Shown here one piece after another: positions 50,404-59,909 of a stretch of DNA of 64,000 nt. Both the position numbers and the translations under genes were made by a program. The notes below the pieces were generated by a model, which was given only the letters and a program-made list of their open reading frames with translations, did no database searches and was not told the origin of the DNA. Origin of the DNA: Acidobacteriaceae bacterium (lineage in GTDB: Bacteria; Acidobacteriota; Terriglobia; Terriglobales; Acidobacteriaceae); assembly GCA_049692235.1 (NCBI GenBank), contig JBAVOQ010000015.1, positions 13,186-77,185 on the forward strand. Reading direction: 5' to 3'. How positions within the stretch are numbered: the stretch's first letter is position 1; each line of letters begins with the position of its first letter.

Positions 50404-51852
50404 CTAGCAGAACTGGCTGCGTTCCTTTGCGACCATCATCATCGGATATTTCGGGCGCAAGGTGATTTTGGGCTGCACGTCGACCGTCTGGCCGGGAACC
50501 ATGTGAAAGCTCCATCGCTGCGCCAGAGTTGCCAGAATCAATACCCCCTCCATCCACGCGAATGCCTCGCCGATACACTGACGCGAACCGCCTCCAAAGG
50601 GAAAATACGCAAAGCGCGGCCGCACCGCCTTTTGCTCCGGTGTAAAACGCTCCGGATCGAACCGCAATGGCTCAGGATAAAATTCCTCACTGCGCTGCAG
50701 AATATATTGGCTAAAGAAAAAATATGTTCCTGCGGGCAGGCAATACGGGCCCAGCTCGACAACCTGCGTGGATTGCCGCCCCATGGCCCACGCTGGCGGA
50801 TACAGTCGCATCGATTCCGCAAACACCATCTCCGTGTAGCGAAGCTGCGGTATGTCTTCCAGCGTCGGCACCCTGCCCTGTAGCACCTGGTCGATTTCGC
50901 GTTGCATTCGCTCCGCGGCCGCGGGGTTTTCCGATAGCAGATACCACGTCCAGGTCAGCGCATTCGCGACCGTCTCATATCCGGCGAGAAAAATCGTGAT
51001 GACTTCGTCGCGCAATTGCCGATCACTCATCCCGGTCGGTACCGACGCGGCCTTGCGTCCTTTGTCCGTGGTTCCGTCTCCCTCGTCCCGTGCGGCCATC
51101 AGCATCGAGAGCAAATCGCCTCGATCTTCAGTGGACGCGCGTCGCTCCGCAATCATGCGATATACCTGCGCATCCAGCCGTGCCCGCGCCTTGCGAAACC
51201 GAATCAGCCCGGGGATGGGCCAGCACAGATAGCTCTCCGCTTTCGGCAACGCGACCAGGTAGTTGTAGAGGCGCATGATTACGTTCACCTCGTCATTGAT
51301 CTCGCGTATCGCCGCTGTTACGTCGGTGGCGAACAGAGTGCGCGCAACAATCTCCAGCGTCAGCTCCATCATCGCGGCCGACATGTCGAAGGTCTGCCCC
51401 GGCTGCCAAGTGGCGCGCATGGCGCCGCCGCGTTCCACCATCATTGTTGCGTAGGCCTGGATACGCTGGCGATGAAAGGCGGGCGCTGCAATGCGCCGTT
51501 GCCGCATGTGAAACTCGCCTTCGCTGGTGATCAATCCTTCGCCCAGCAGGATTTTCATGCGGTTCTGGGTGCGCTCTTTGATGAACGACGAGGCCTGGGT
51601 CACCAGAATCTCACGGATCAAATCCGGATCGTTGATGAACACGATGTTGCTGCCGCCCAGCTTGTAATGGGAGACGGGTCCAAAGGTCTTCGCCAGGTGT
51701 TCAAACAGCAGGATAGGATTTCCCGGCCGAAAAAAGCGCCGAAACAAGTAGAGCGGCAGGTTGCGTTGCAGGCCCGGCGGAAAACGGAAAGATTTCGGCC
51801 CGCGCCCAAGGTCGCTCTGTGCGGAAGTTGTCAATGGGGATGGGCTGGCCAT
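50404..51852 (-). CDS. Cytochrome P450
   Basis: I-helix FLAGYETVANAL, ExxR (ESMRLYPP) and the heme-thiolate loop FGGGSRQCIGEAFA. Confidence 0.9.
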   Translation of the reverse strand: MASPSPLTTSAQSDLGRGPKSFRFPPGLQRNLPLYLFRRFFRPGNPILLFEHLAKTFGPVSHYKLGGSNIVFINDPDLIREILVTQASSFIKERTQNRMKILLGEGLITSEGEFHMRQRRIAAPAFHRQRIQAYATMMVERGGAMRATWQPGQTFDMSAAMMELTLEIVARTLFATDVTAAIREINDEVNVIMRLYNYLVALPKAESYLCWPIPGLIRFRKARARLDAQVYRMIAERRASTEDRGDLLSMLMAARDEGDGTTDKGRKAASVPTGMSDRQLRDEVITIFLAGYETVANALTWTWYLLSENPAAAERMQREIDQVLQGRVPTLEDIPQLRYTEMVFAESMRLYPPAWAMGRQSTQVVELGPYCLPAGTYFFFSQYILQRSEEFYPEPLRFDPERFTPEQKAVRPRFAYFPFGGGSRQCIGEAFAWMEGVLILATLAQRWSFHMVPGQTVDVQPKITLRPKYPMMMVAKERSQFC

Positions 51853-51889
51853 GAAGGAAAGTGGAAACGGAACAGGTTCGCAGGCTCAA

Positions 51890-52555
51890 TCAGACCGGCG
51901 CGGCGAAGCGCGCCAATCGTTCCTCGACAATTTCCACGATACGCCTTTCAATCACCTCGACCGGGGCATCTTCCGCAATTGTGACCACACGCAAAGTTTC
52001 GCGCGCCGCAATTTCCTGATACTTCAAAAATGTGCGCTCGTAGAAGGCTCGGTCCTCGGTTTCAAATCGATTTTCGTCCGTTCCCTGTGCGAGTTGCCGG
52101 CCGTTCCGCCTGCGCGCGCGGGCAAGGGAAGCCTCCAGGCTCGGCAGCAGTAGGATCGTCAGCTCGGGCCATAGATCGCCGCAAACAGTGCGATGCAGTT
52201 CCAGCACCGGCGCACTGCCCAGGCTGCGTCCACCCCCCTGATACGCCTCTGTGGAATCGGTAAATCGATCGCACAGGATTATTCGTCCTTCCGCTAAGGC
52301 CGGCAGAATAATCTCGTGGATCGACTGGGCGCGGTCGGCAAACATCAACGCCATCTCCGCCAACGGAGCCACGTTCTGCGTCGCGGAATGCAACAGCACC
52401 GCGCGAATCTGGTCGCCCAACTCCGTTCCCCCCGGCTGACGAGTGGTCGTCACAGCTCGGCCCTGCGCCTGCAACGTGCGCGCCAACAGGCGAAGCTGGG
52501 TGGATTTGCCTGAGCCATCCAATCCTTCGAACGTGATAAAAAAACCGCGCGGCAT
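51890..52555 (-). CDS. tmk: Thymidylate kinase
   Basis: FITFEGLDGSGKSTQ P-loop and the LCDRFTDST motif. The start is taken at ATG 52555; a TTG at 52579 is also open. Confidence 0.9.
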   Translation of the reverse strand: MPRGFFITFEGLDGSGKSTQLRLLARTLQAQGRAVTTTRQPGGTELGDQIRAVLLHSATQNVAPLAEMALMFADRAQSIHEIILPALAEGRIILCDRFTDSTEAYQGGGRSLGSAPVLELHRTVCGDLWPELTILLLPSLEASLARARRRNGRQLAQGTDENRFETEDRAFYERTFLKYQEIAARETLRVVTIAEDAPVEVIERRIVEIVEERLARFAAPV

Positions 52556-52582
52556 GGCGGTAGGGTACCACTGCGGCAACCT

Positions 52583-52867
52583 TTAGAACGATTTCGGCCA
52601 ACGCTGCCGGCCGTGAAATACGGCGATAATTTCCAGTCGATCGGCCCGGATGCGATACGGCAGAAGGTAGGCAGTGCCAGGGACAACAAGTTCTCGCGTA
52701 CCCGGAACTCTTCCTGCTCTGCCTCGATTCGGAAACAGGGTAAGTTCTTCGACACTTGCGACGATTTTGGCGGCGACGTCCTGGGCTGCATCCGAGCTGT
52801 CTTCAGCAATGAAGGCGCGAATCGCACTCAGATGTTGCACAGCGCGCGGCGACCATACAATCTTCAT
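52583..52867 (-). CDS. parE: Type II toxin, ParE/RelE superfamily
   Basis: 94 aa. The pattern W...A...L..I..FI......A........I...L..FP..GR.......REL......Y.L.YR......I.I..V.HG is typical of ParE. Confidence 0.75.
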   Translation of the reverse strand: MKIVWSPRAVQHLSAIRAFIAEDSSDAAQDVAAKIVASVEELTLFPNRGRAGRVPGTRELVVPGTAYLLPYRIRADRLEIIAVFHGRQRWPKSF

Positions 52868-53121
52868 TGTGGAGGTTGCCGTTCGCGTTTCTTTCCCCAG
52901 GATTGAAGCCAGTTCTTCACTTCGCCATGGTCGACGCGTTTGCCTTCATTCAATTCCTTGAGCCCGCATTCAATTTCTGCCAGCTGCCAGCTTTCGGCTT
53001 CGACATACGCGGCGATAGCCTCGGCGGCCAGGAATGATTTGGACCTCTTTGAGGACTTCGCCAGCTTATCGAGCTTGTTTTTTACGGTAGGTTCCAGTCG
53101 AATTGACAGAATTGAAGACAT
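52864..53121 (-). CDS. Ribbon-helix-helix (CopG/ParD-like) antitoxin
   Basis: MSSILSIRLEPTVKNKLDKLAKSSKRSKSFLAAEAI forms an RHH N-terminus. A 4-nt overlap with the toxin gene. Confidence 0.7.
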   Translation of the reverse strand: MSSILSIRLEPTVKNKLDKLAKSSKRSKSFLAAEAIAAYVEAESWQLAEIECGLKELNEGKRVDHGEVKNWLQSWGKKRERQPPQ

Positions 53122-53203
53122 TGTAAGCACCTGTACACAATATAATACGACGCGCTGCATTACACTGTTGCTTCGCCTGCACCTCGATCATTTCAGGAGT
53201 TCT

Positions 53204-55129
53204 ATGCGCCTACACATTTCTCTCGCCGTGGCCGCCTTTGCCCTGGCGGCGGCATTTCCACACAACGGCGTTGCACAAACCGGCGCAGAAGCGTCGACGC
53301 AGCCTGCCTCAGCGACACCTATCACCATTACCGTGGACGCGACCAATGCACCGCGCAAGATGTTGCACGCGGATCTGGTGATCCCGGTGCGGCCCGGCGA
53401 TCTGACCCTGGTGTACGCGAAATGGATTCCAGGCGAGCACGAGGCCTCCGGTCCCATCGGCGACCTGGCAGGCATCGTCATCAAGGCCAACGGCCAGACG
53501 CTGCCGTGGGTGCGCGACAGTGTCGATATGTTCCAGCTTCACGTGCATGTGCCGCAGGGGGTGACGGAGCTGCATGTGCACGATGATTTTCTGGCAACGG
53601 CTGGGCCCGTTGGCTTTTCCGCCGGTGCCTCCACCAGCGAAAACCTCGCCATGATCAGCTGGAACGAAGTAATGCTGTGGCCGCAGGTGGCCTCCGCGAA
53701 AGACGTTCAAGTCACACCCAGCATCATTCTGCCGACCGGTTGGAAGTTCGCTACCGCGCTGACAACCACCGGCACAGAAGGCACGACCACCCACTTCGCC
53801 ACCGTTCCCCTGAATGAACTCGTGGATTCTCCCGTGCTTTCGGGCCGCTATTTTCGCGAAATTCCATTAGCGCCGGAGATTTCTCCGCAGCATTATCTCG
53901 ATCTCGCCGCAGACGGACCGGAAGACCTGGAAGTTCCGTCGCAAATGCTCGCGGGATTCAACGATCTGGTTCGGCAAGCCAGCGCGCTCTATCAGTCGCA
54001 CCACTACGGCAGCTACCACTTTTTGATGACTCTCAGTGACCAGGTGGCGCATTTCGGACTGGAACATCATCAATCGAACGACGATCGCGTGCCGGAGAAG
54101 ACGTTCCTCGATCCGAATCTGGATGTATTGGAAGCCGGGCTTCTGCCGCACGAATTCACCCACTCGTGGAATGGAAAATATCGTCGCCCTGCTGGCCTGT
54201 TGTCGCCCGATTTCCAGACCCCGATGCAGGGCAATCTGCTGTGGGTGTATGAAGGCCTGACGGAATATCTCGGCGACGTGCTGACAGCGCGCAGTGGCTT
54301 GTGGACCGAGGATCAATATCGCGAAGCGCTGGCGAACTCGGCTGCGATGCTCGATAATCGGCCGGGGCGCACCTGGCGCGACCTGCAGGATACGGCTACA
54401 GCCGCCCAAACCTTATATGAAGCCGCGGGCCAGTGGGGCAATTGGCGGCGCAGCGTCGACTATTATCCCGAGGGCGAGCTGCTCTGGCTGCAGGTCGACA
54501 CCATCATTCGCCAGCAGAGTCACGGCAAGAAATCGCTGAATGACTTCTGCATGCGCTTCCTCGGTCTCGACGGCGATACCGGTCCGATCACCGTGCCCTA
54601 CACATTTGCAGATGTGGTGAGCAATCTCAACGCAGTGCAGCCGTACGATTGGGCAGGATTCTTGACGGAGAAACTGACGACGAAAGAGAATCATGCGCCG
54701 CTGGGCGGGATTGAAAACGACGGCTATCGCCTCACCTATACGGACACCCCCAATTCGATGGAAGCCTCGATGGAGGCGCTGCGAGGCGTCGATGCCTGGT
54801 ATTCGCTTGGGCTGCATCTGTCCCACCAGGGCGTGATGAGCGATGTGCTATTTGATTCGCCGGCATACAAGGCGGATCTGGGCCCCGGAATGAAGATCGT
54901 CGCCGTCAACGGACGCGCCTACACGGACGCATTGATGCACGATGCCATTCGCAATTCCAAAAACACGCAGACGCCAATTGAATTGATTGTCGAGAATACG
55001 GCGTATTTCCGCGACGTGAAGATCGACTACCACGGGGGCGAACGCTATCCGCATTTGGAGCGCGTCGACTCCAAACCCGACATGCTGGATCAGATATTGC
55101 AACCTCTGCCGGTGCACTCGAAGAAATAA
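53204..55129 (+). CDS. M61 family metallopeptidase (glycyl aminopeptidase-like) with a C-terminal PDZ domain
   Basis: The ATG at 53204 lies after AGGAG. A signal peptide is present. Zinc motif HEFTHSWNGKYRRP with downstream EGLTEY. PDZ-like segment GPGMKIVAVNGRAY. Confidence 0.8.
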   Translation: MRLHISLAVAAFALAAAFPHNGVAQTGAEASTQPASATPITITVDATNAPRKMLHADLVIPVRPGDLTLVYAKWIPGEHEASGPIGDLAGIVIKANGQTLPWVRDSVDMFQLHVHVPQGVTELHVHDDFLATAGPVGFSAGASTSENLAMISWNEVMLWPQVASAKDVQVTPSIILPTGWKFATALTTTGTEGTTTHFATVPLNELVDSPVLSGRYFREIPLAPEISPQHYLDLAADGPEDLEVPSQMLAGFNDLVRQASALYQSHHYGSYHFLMTLSDQVAHFGLEHHQSNDDRVPEKTFLDPNLDVLEAGLLPHEFTHSWNGKYRRPAGLLSPDFQTPMQGNLLWVYEGLTEYLGDVLTARSGLWTEDQYREALANSAAMLDNRPGRTWRDLQDTATAAQTLYEAAGQWGNWRRSVDYYPEGELLWLQVDTIIRQQSHGKKSLNDFCMRFLGLDGDTGPITVPYTFADVVSNLNAVQPYDWAGFLTEKLTTKENHAPLGGIENDGYRLTYTDTPNSMEASMEALRGVDAWYSLGLHLSHQGVMSDVLFDSPAYKADLGPGMKIVAVNGRAYTDALMHDAIRNSKNTQTPIELIVENTAYFRDVKIDYHGGERYPHLERVDSKPDMLDQILQPLPVHSKK

Positions 55130-55209
55130 GCACCGTTTTTGCATTGCCAATGACGCCGCTGCCCATCCACGGTGGCGGCGTTTTTGCTGGACGCTCGCGG
55201 AGAAAATGA

Positions 55210-57060
55210 ATGAGCAAACTGCAATCTTCTCCTCCACGTTTCGTCGGCCAGGGAGCAACGCTGGCGACGATCTTGTTGCTGGCGGCTCACCTCTCTGCGC
55301 AATCCACACCATTGTTGGTCGATGTGGATCATCGTGCTGCGATCAGCCTGGACGGCGCCTGGCACGCCATCATCGACCCCTACGGCAACGGGCTCTACAA
55401 CGCGGACGGCAGTATCAATCTGCACGGGTACGGCGAAAACCGCCAGCCCAATTCGAAAAGCGACCTGGTCGAATACAGCTTCGCGAAAAGTCCTACGCTC
55501 CAGGTCCCAGGCGATTGGAACACGCAGCGCAAAGATTTGCTGCTCTACGAAGGTGTCGTCTGGTACGAAAAGGATTTCACCTACACTCCCAATCCGCATA
55601 CGCGTGCGTTTCTGCATATTGGGGCGGCGAATTATCGCGCCTATGTCTTCGTGAACGGAACTAAGATTTGCCAGCATGAGGGAGGCTTCACTCCCTTCGA
55701 TTGCGATGCGACCACCACGCTGCACAGCGGCAATAACTTTGTGGTGATTGCGGTCGACAACACGCGCCTGCGCGATGGCGTCCCCACCCTGAAAACAGAC
55801 TGGTGGAACTATGGCGGCCTGACGCGCGATGTTTCGCTGATTCAGGTGCCGGAAAAGTACATCGATGACTTCGACCTGCACTTGCAGCGCGGCAGCAAAA
55901 CGGAAATTGCGGGCTATGTTCATGTGCAGGGTGCAGGCGTGGGAAAGCCAGTGGTTGTGAGTATTCCGCAGGCTGGCATCGTGCAACAGACGACGACCGA
56001 TGCATCAGGCCGCGCGCCGATCTCGATTCATGCGCCGGGATTGGAGCTTTGGTCGCCCGAGCATCCAAAACTGTATCGAGTCGAGATTCAGGCCGGCAAC
56101 GGACCCGACCGCGATGCGCTGACCGACGACATCGGCTTTCGCACCATTGAGGTTCGCGGCACGGAAATTCTGCTGAACGGTACGCCGATTTTTTTGCGCG
56201 GCGTCTCCATTCATGGTGAAGCGCCCATCCGCGGCGGCCGCCCCACCAGTGAAAAAGACGATGCCAAGCTTTTGCAGTGGGCCAAGGAAATGGGAGTAAA
56301 TTTCGTGCGCCTGCCCCATTATCCGCAGAGTGCCCGCATGATGCGGCTTGCGGATCGCATGGGCATCCTGGTGTGGGAGGAAGTGCCGGTCTACTGGGCT
56401 ATCGAATTTGACAATCCGCAGGTGCTGGCCAAGGCGCAGCAGCAGCTTGCGGAGATTATCCGGCGCGATCGCAACAAGGCGTCCGTCATCTTCTGGTCGG
56501 TCGCCAACGAAACGCCTGTAACCGCGGCACGTAACACATTTCTTGAGGCGATGATCGCTTCCGCGCGGGCGCAGGATAGTACACGCCTCGTCAGCGCTGC
56601 GCTGTTATCTTCGCGGCACGGAAATGAAATCCAAGTGAACGATCCGCTCGGAGACTACCTCGATGTCGTCAGCTTCAACGAATATGCGGGTTGGTATCAA
56701 GACACGCCGCAAAGCGTCGCGAACATCAAGATCAGTTCCATCCATCAAAAGCCGCTGTTGTTAAGCGAGTTTGGAGCGGGCGCGAAAGCCGGTTTCCACT
56801 CCGACGCCGAGACCCGCTGGAGTGAGGAATTTCAAGCGAACGTATATCGGAAACAGTTGCAGATGCTTCGCGGCGTAGCGAACCTGCGCGGCATGTGCCC
56901 GTGGGTGCTGGTCGATTTCCGCTCTCCACTCCGCGAGCTCCCTGGCATTCAGGATTTCTATAACCGCAAGGGCCTCATCTCCGACCAGGGCCAGAAAAAG
57001 CAGGCCTATTTCGTAATGCAAAAGGCGTATCTGCAGCGTACCGTTGGCAACGCGCGATAA
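55210..57060 (+). CDS. Glycoside hydrolase family 2 (beta-glucuronidase/beta-galactosidase-like)
   Basis: Signal peptide. The sugar-binding domain (GVVWYEKDFTY), NFVRLPHYPQ, RDRNKASVIFWSVANE (acid/base Glu) and LLLSEFGAG (nucleophile Glu) are GH2 patterns. Confidence 0.8.
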   Translation: MSKLQSSPPRFVGQGATLATILLLAAHLSAQSTPLLVDVDHRAAISLDGAWHAIIDPYGNGLYNADGSINLHGYGENRQPNSKSDLVEYSFAKSPTLQVPGDWNTQRKDLLLYEGVVWYEKDFTYTPNPHTRAFLHIGAANYRAYVFVNGTKICQHEGGFTPFDCDATTTLHSGNNFVVIAVDNTRLRDGVPTLKTDWWNYGGLTRDVSLIQVPEKYIDDFDLHLQRGSKTEIAGYVHVQGAGVGKPVVVSIPQAGIVQQTTTDASGRAPISIHAPGLELWSPEHPKLYRVEIQAGNGPDRDALTDDIGFRTIEVRGTEILLNGTPIFLRGVSIHGEAPIRGGRPTSEKDDAKLLQWAKEMGVNFVRLPHYPQSARMMRLADRMGILVWEEVPVYWAIEFDNPQVLAKAQQQLAEIIRRDRNKASVIFWSVANETPVTAARNTFLEAMIASARAQDSTRLVSAALLSSRHGNEIQVNDPLGDYLDVVSFNEYAGWYQDTPQSVANIKISSIHQKPLLLSEFGAGAKAGFHSDAETRWSEEFQANVYRKQLQMLRGVANLRGMCPWVLVDFRSPLRELPGIQDFYNRKGLISDQGQKKQAYFVMQKAYLQRTVGNAR

Positions 57061-57169
57061 TCCATCGCACGCGGTGTACGGAAAGCCCGCTCCCTCCCGC
57101 TCCAGCCTTCGCCGAAACAACATCCGGATTGTGCTCTGTCCAGCGATATGGTGTCGTGTGTCGCATCAC

Positions 57170-57183
57170 GTGACGTAGGTCAC
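57170..57183. promoter_or_regulatory. Second exact copy of GTGACGTAGGTCAC, upstream of the Met-rich lipoprotein gene
   Basis: A 14/14 match to 28471..28484, 111 nt upstream of the ATG at 57294, in the GH2/lipoprotein intergenic region. Confidence 0.55.
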
Positions 57184-57293
57184 TGACCGAGGGCCTCGCG
57201 ACGGCCACGCTTCTTGTACAGGCGATGAAGAGTTGGCGAACGCCGATGTTTCATGGCCCTGCGTTCGGCGACAGTTTGGTAGGGAGAAGGACC

Positions 57294-58757
57294 ATGAAAC
57301 GATCTGCAACAGGAAGATGGGCCGGATGCACGTTGCTGACCCTTGCAATGGCAACCGCAGGCATAATCGGGTGCGGCAGTGGTTCAACCTCCAGCACCGG
57401 CACAACGCCGCCCATAACGCCCCCGGCTGCATCGACCGCCGTACTGGTGAACATGGGAGACACTCCTTCGGATTCTGTCCTGGAGTGCGCGATCACCATC
57501 AGCGCCATGAGCTTTACCAACACATCCGGCACCAGCGTGTCTGTTATCCCTGCATGGAATTCTCCTGTGAGCGTGTTCGCGCCAATGACCATGGAGTTAG
57601 CACACCTTCGGGGAACGATGGCTCCACTGGTTCTGCAGGCTATGCCACAAGGAACATACAACTCAGTGTCCATCACACTGTCCTCGGCGACCGTCACTTC
57701 CATGACATCGTCGCATAGCCCGGTCCAGCAAGTGTTTTCCACGCCAGTGACGGTCAATATTCCATTAGGCACTCCGCTCACGGTGGGAAGCAACGCCATG
57801 GTGATGAACCTGGACCTGAATCTCGCGACTTCCGTGGGGAACGGTTCCGGCGGAGCGATTACCTTTACCCCAAATTTTGACCCGTCGGTTGAAGCCGCTA
57901 CCGGCAATGCTGGTGCCACGCCGGAACAAGGCGGAATGATGCAGGTGGTTGGCAACGTCACCGGCATATCCGGCAGTACCTTTACCATGGTCACGCTGCA
58001 GGGAATGCCGATGTCCCTTTCGACCGGCAGCAATACGCAATACCAGGGGATGAACGGGCAGACGATGTCCAACATGGGCATGATGAACAACGGCCAGATC
58101 ATGACGGTGAACGCGACTCTGCAACCCGGTGGGACCTGGACAGCAAATTCAGTCACGGCCATGATGGGCTCCGGCGGAGTTATGTCGATCGGGATGATCA
58201 CCGCGACCACCGGAAGACCGATGACGCAAATGACCATGTTTCCGGACAATGGCATCGGCGCGGGCATGATGGCGTCGCTGCTGGCCAATGGCATGACGGT
58301 GAACCTGGGCAGCAGCGCCACCTACGGCATTGACGATGTGGGCGTGTCGATGTCCGGGTTGTCGATTACGCCGCAGTTCGACGCGTCTCACATCGCCGCC
58401 GGTCAGAACATTGCAGCGGTAGGCTCGGGAGCCATGTCCTCCGGCAACGGCATGATGGGCGGGGGCGGCTTCATGAACATGGGAAGTATGACCGCAGCCG
58501 GTATCGAGCTGGAGCCGCAGGGCCTCAGCGGGACCGTCGCCAGCGCTACAGGCAGCGGCTTCACGCTTAGCCTGCCGTCAGATTCGGCCTTTACCCTGTT
58601 GACGGGAGCAACCAGCGTCACCGTCTACCAGACTGCGCAAACGCAAATGAAGGGACTTACCGCCGTTGCGAATGGCCAGAATGTTGTAGTCTACGGCTAC
58701 TTGTTCTATAACGCCGGAAGCTACAACTTCGTCGCCATGCAGATTGCATCAATGTAG
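57294..58757 (+). CDS. Methionine-rich lipoprotein (DUF4382-like N-domain, DUF5666-like C-domain)
   Basis: The ATG lies after AGGGAGAAGG. Lipobox LAMATAGIIGC. My hand count gives ~42 Met in ~487 aa, clustered as MM, MxM and GMMGGGGFMNMGSM. Very few charged residues. Confidence 0.7.
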   Translation: MKRSATGRWAGCTLLTLAMATAGIIGCGSGSTSSTGTTPPITPPAASTAVLVNMGDTPSDSVLECAITISAMSFTNTSGTSVSVIPAWNSPVSVFAPMTMELAHLRGTMAPLVLQAMPQGTYNSVSITLSSATVTSMTSSHSPVQQVFSTPVTVNIPLGTPLTVGSNAMVMNLDLNLATSVGNGSGGAITFTPNFDPSVEAATGNAGATPEQGGMMQVVGNVTGISGSTFTMVTLQGMPMSLSTGSNTQYQGMNGQTMSNMGMMNNGQIMTVNATLQPGGTWTANSVTAMMGSGGVMSIGMITATTGRPMTQMTMFPDNGIGAGMMASLLANGMTVNLGSSATYGIDDVGVSMSGLSITPQFDASHIAAGQNIAAVGSGAMSSGNGMMGGGGFMNMGSMTAAGIELEPQGLSGTVASATGSGFTLSLPSDSAFTLLTGATSVTVYQTAQTQMKGLTAVANGQNVVVYGYLFYNAGSYNFVAMQIASM

Positions 58758-59085
58758 AGCGGATGTAGCGATACTTGATCTCCAAAAAATAATGCGTCAA
58801 ATCTCGGCTGTCATGCGCCTCGCGAATTGACATGTTGACCCGCATCCGACATTCTAGAGAAGTCATGGCTATCCAGCTCTGTTCCCTGACGTGTCGGCTC
58901 CAGAATCGCTGTTGTTGTTGTCGCAGCGTTGCCGGCCCAGGGTGTGGGCACTGTCGATAGTTCCACGATCTCCTCTTCAGTCTCCAGAAATCTAGAACCC
59001 TGCGGTCGCGTCTCTTGCGAGCGTGGGTCCATTCCTGCCTGTCTCGCATTTCCTTTCACGACGAAAATTTTAGAACGGGCTCACT

Positions 59086-59904
59086 ATGGAATTGGCGATC
59101 GGATTTGTCATCGCGTTTGCAATTGCAGTTACAGGCGTAGGTGCGGGCACCATCACAGCGCCGCTGCTGATCCTATTCCTGCATGTTCCCATTGAGCTCA
59201 GTGTGGGCACCGCCCTGGCCTACTCCGCCATCGTAAAAATGATCGTTGTGCCGGTTCAGATCTGGCGCAAGCAGGTGGTCTACCGGGTGGTCGCCTGGAT
59301 GCTATTCGGCGGTCTTCCCGGCGTCATTCTCGGCGTGGTGCTGTTCCACCGCGTGGTGCGGCATGGCCAGCAGAACATTCTGTATGTCGCTCTCGGCAGT
59401 ATCATTGTTGCGTCCTCAGCCTGGCATCTGTATCGAAACCTTCGCCCACCGACGGCGACCCGAGCAAGAAAAACCCATCCAGTATGGATTGCGGCACTGA
59501 TGCTGCCGATCGGCACAGAGGTAGGCTTTTCTTCCTCAGGGGCTGGCGCGCTGGGCACGCTTGCATTGCTCAGCCTCACCACGCTGGACGCTTCTCAGGT
59601 CGTGGGCACCGATCTTGTCTTTGGGCTTTGCCTCTCTCTGGTCGGAGGCGGCATGCACGTCTTCAGCGGCAGCTACGATAGCGCGCTTCTGCTCAAGCTG
59701 GTGGTCGGCGGATTGTTCGGTGCCCTGGTGGGCAGCGGCGTTGCGCCGAGATTGCCGAATCGCCAGCTGCGAGTTGCACTGGCCGCACTATTGTTGGTGG
59801 TGGGAACGCTGTTCTGCGTTCGTCCTCTGAATTTCCATCCCATCGCCAGCGTCCAGGCTGTGGTTCACGCCAGCGCGACTGCATCCGGCTCGTTCGATCG
59901 CTAA
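59086..59904 (+). CDS. TauE/SafE family membrane transporter (sulfite/anion exporter-like)
   Basis: A multi-TM protein beginning AIAVTGVGAGTITAPLLILF, with a duplicated 4-TM pattern typical of TauE/SafE. Confidence 0.65.
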   Translation: MELAIGFVIAFAIAVTGVGAGTITAPLLILFLHVPIELSVGTALAYSAIVKMIVVPVQIWRKQVVYRVVAWMLFGGLPGVILGVVLFHRVVRHGQQNILYVALGSIIVASSAWHLYRNLRPPTATRARKTHPVWIAALMLPIGTEVGFSSSGAGALGTLALLSLTTLDASQVVGTDLVFGLCLSLVGGGMHVFSGSYDSALLLKLVVGGLFGALVGSGVAPRLPNRQLRVALAALLLVVGTLFCVRPLNFHPIASVQAVVHASATASGSFDR

Positions 59905-59909
59905 CAAAT

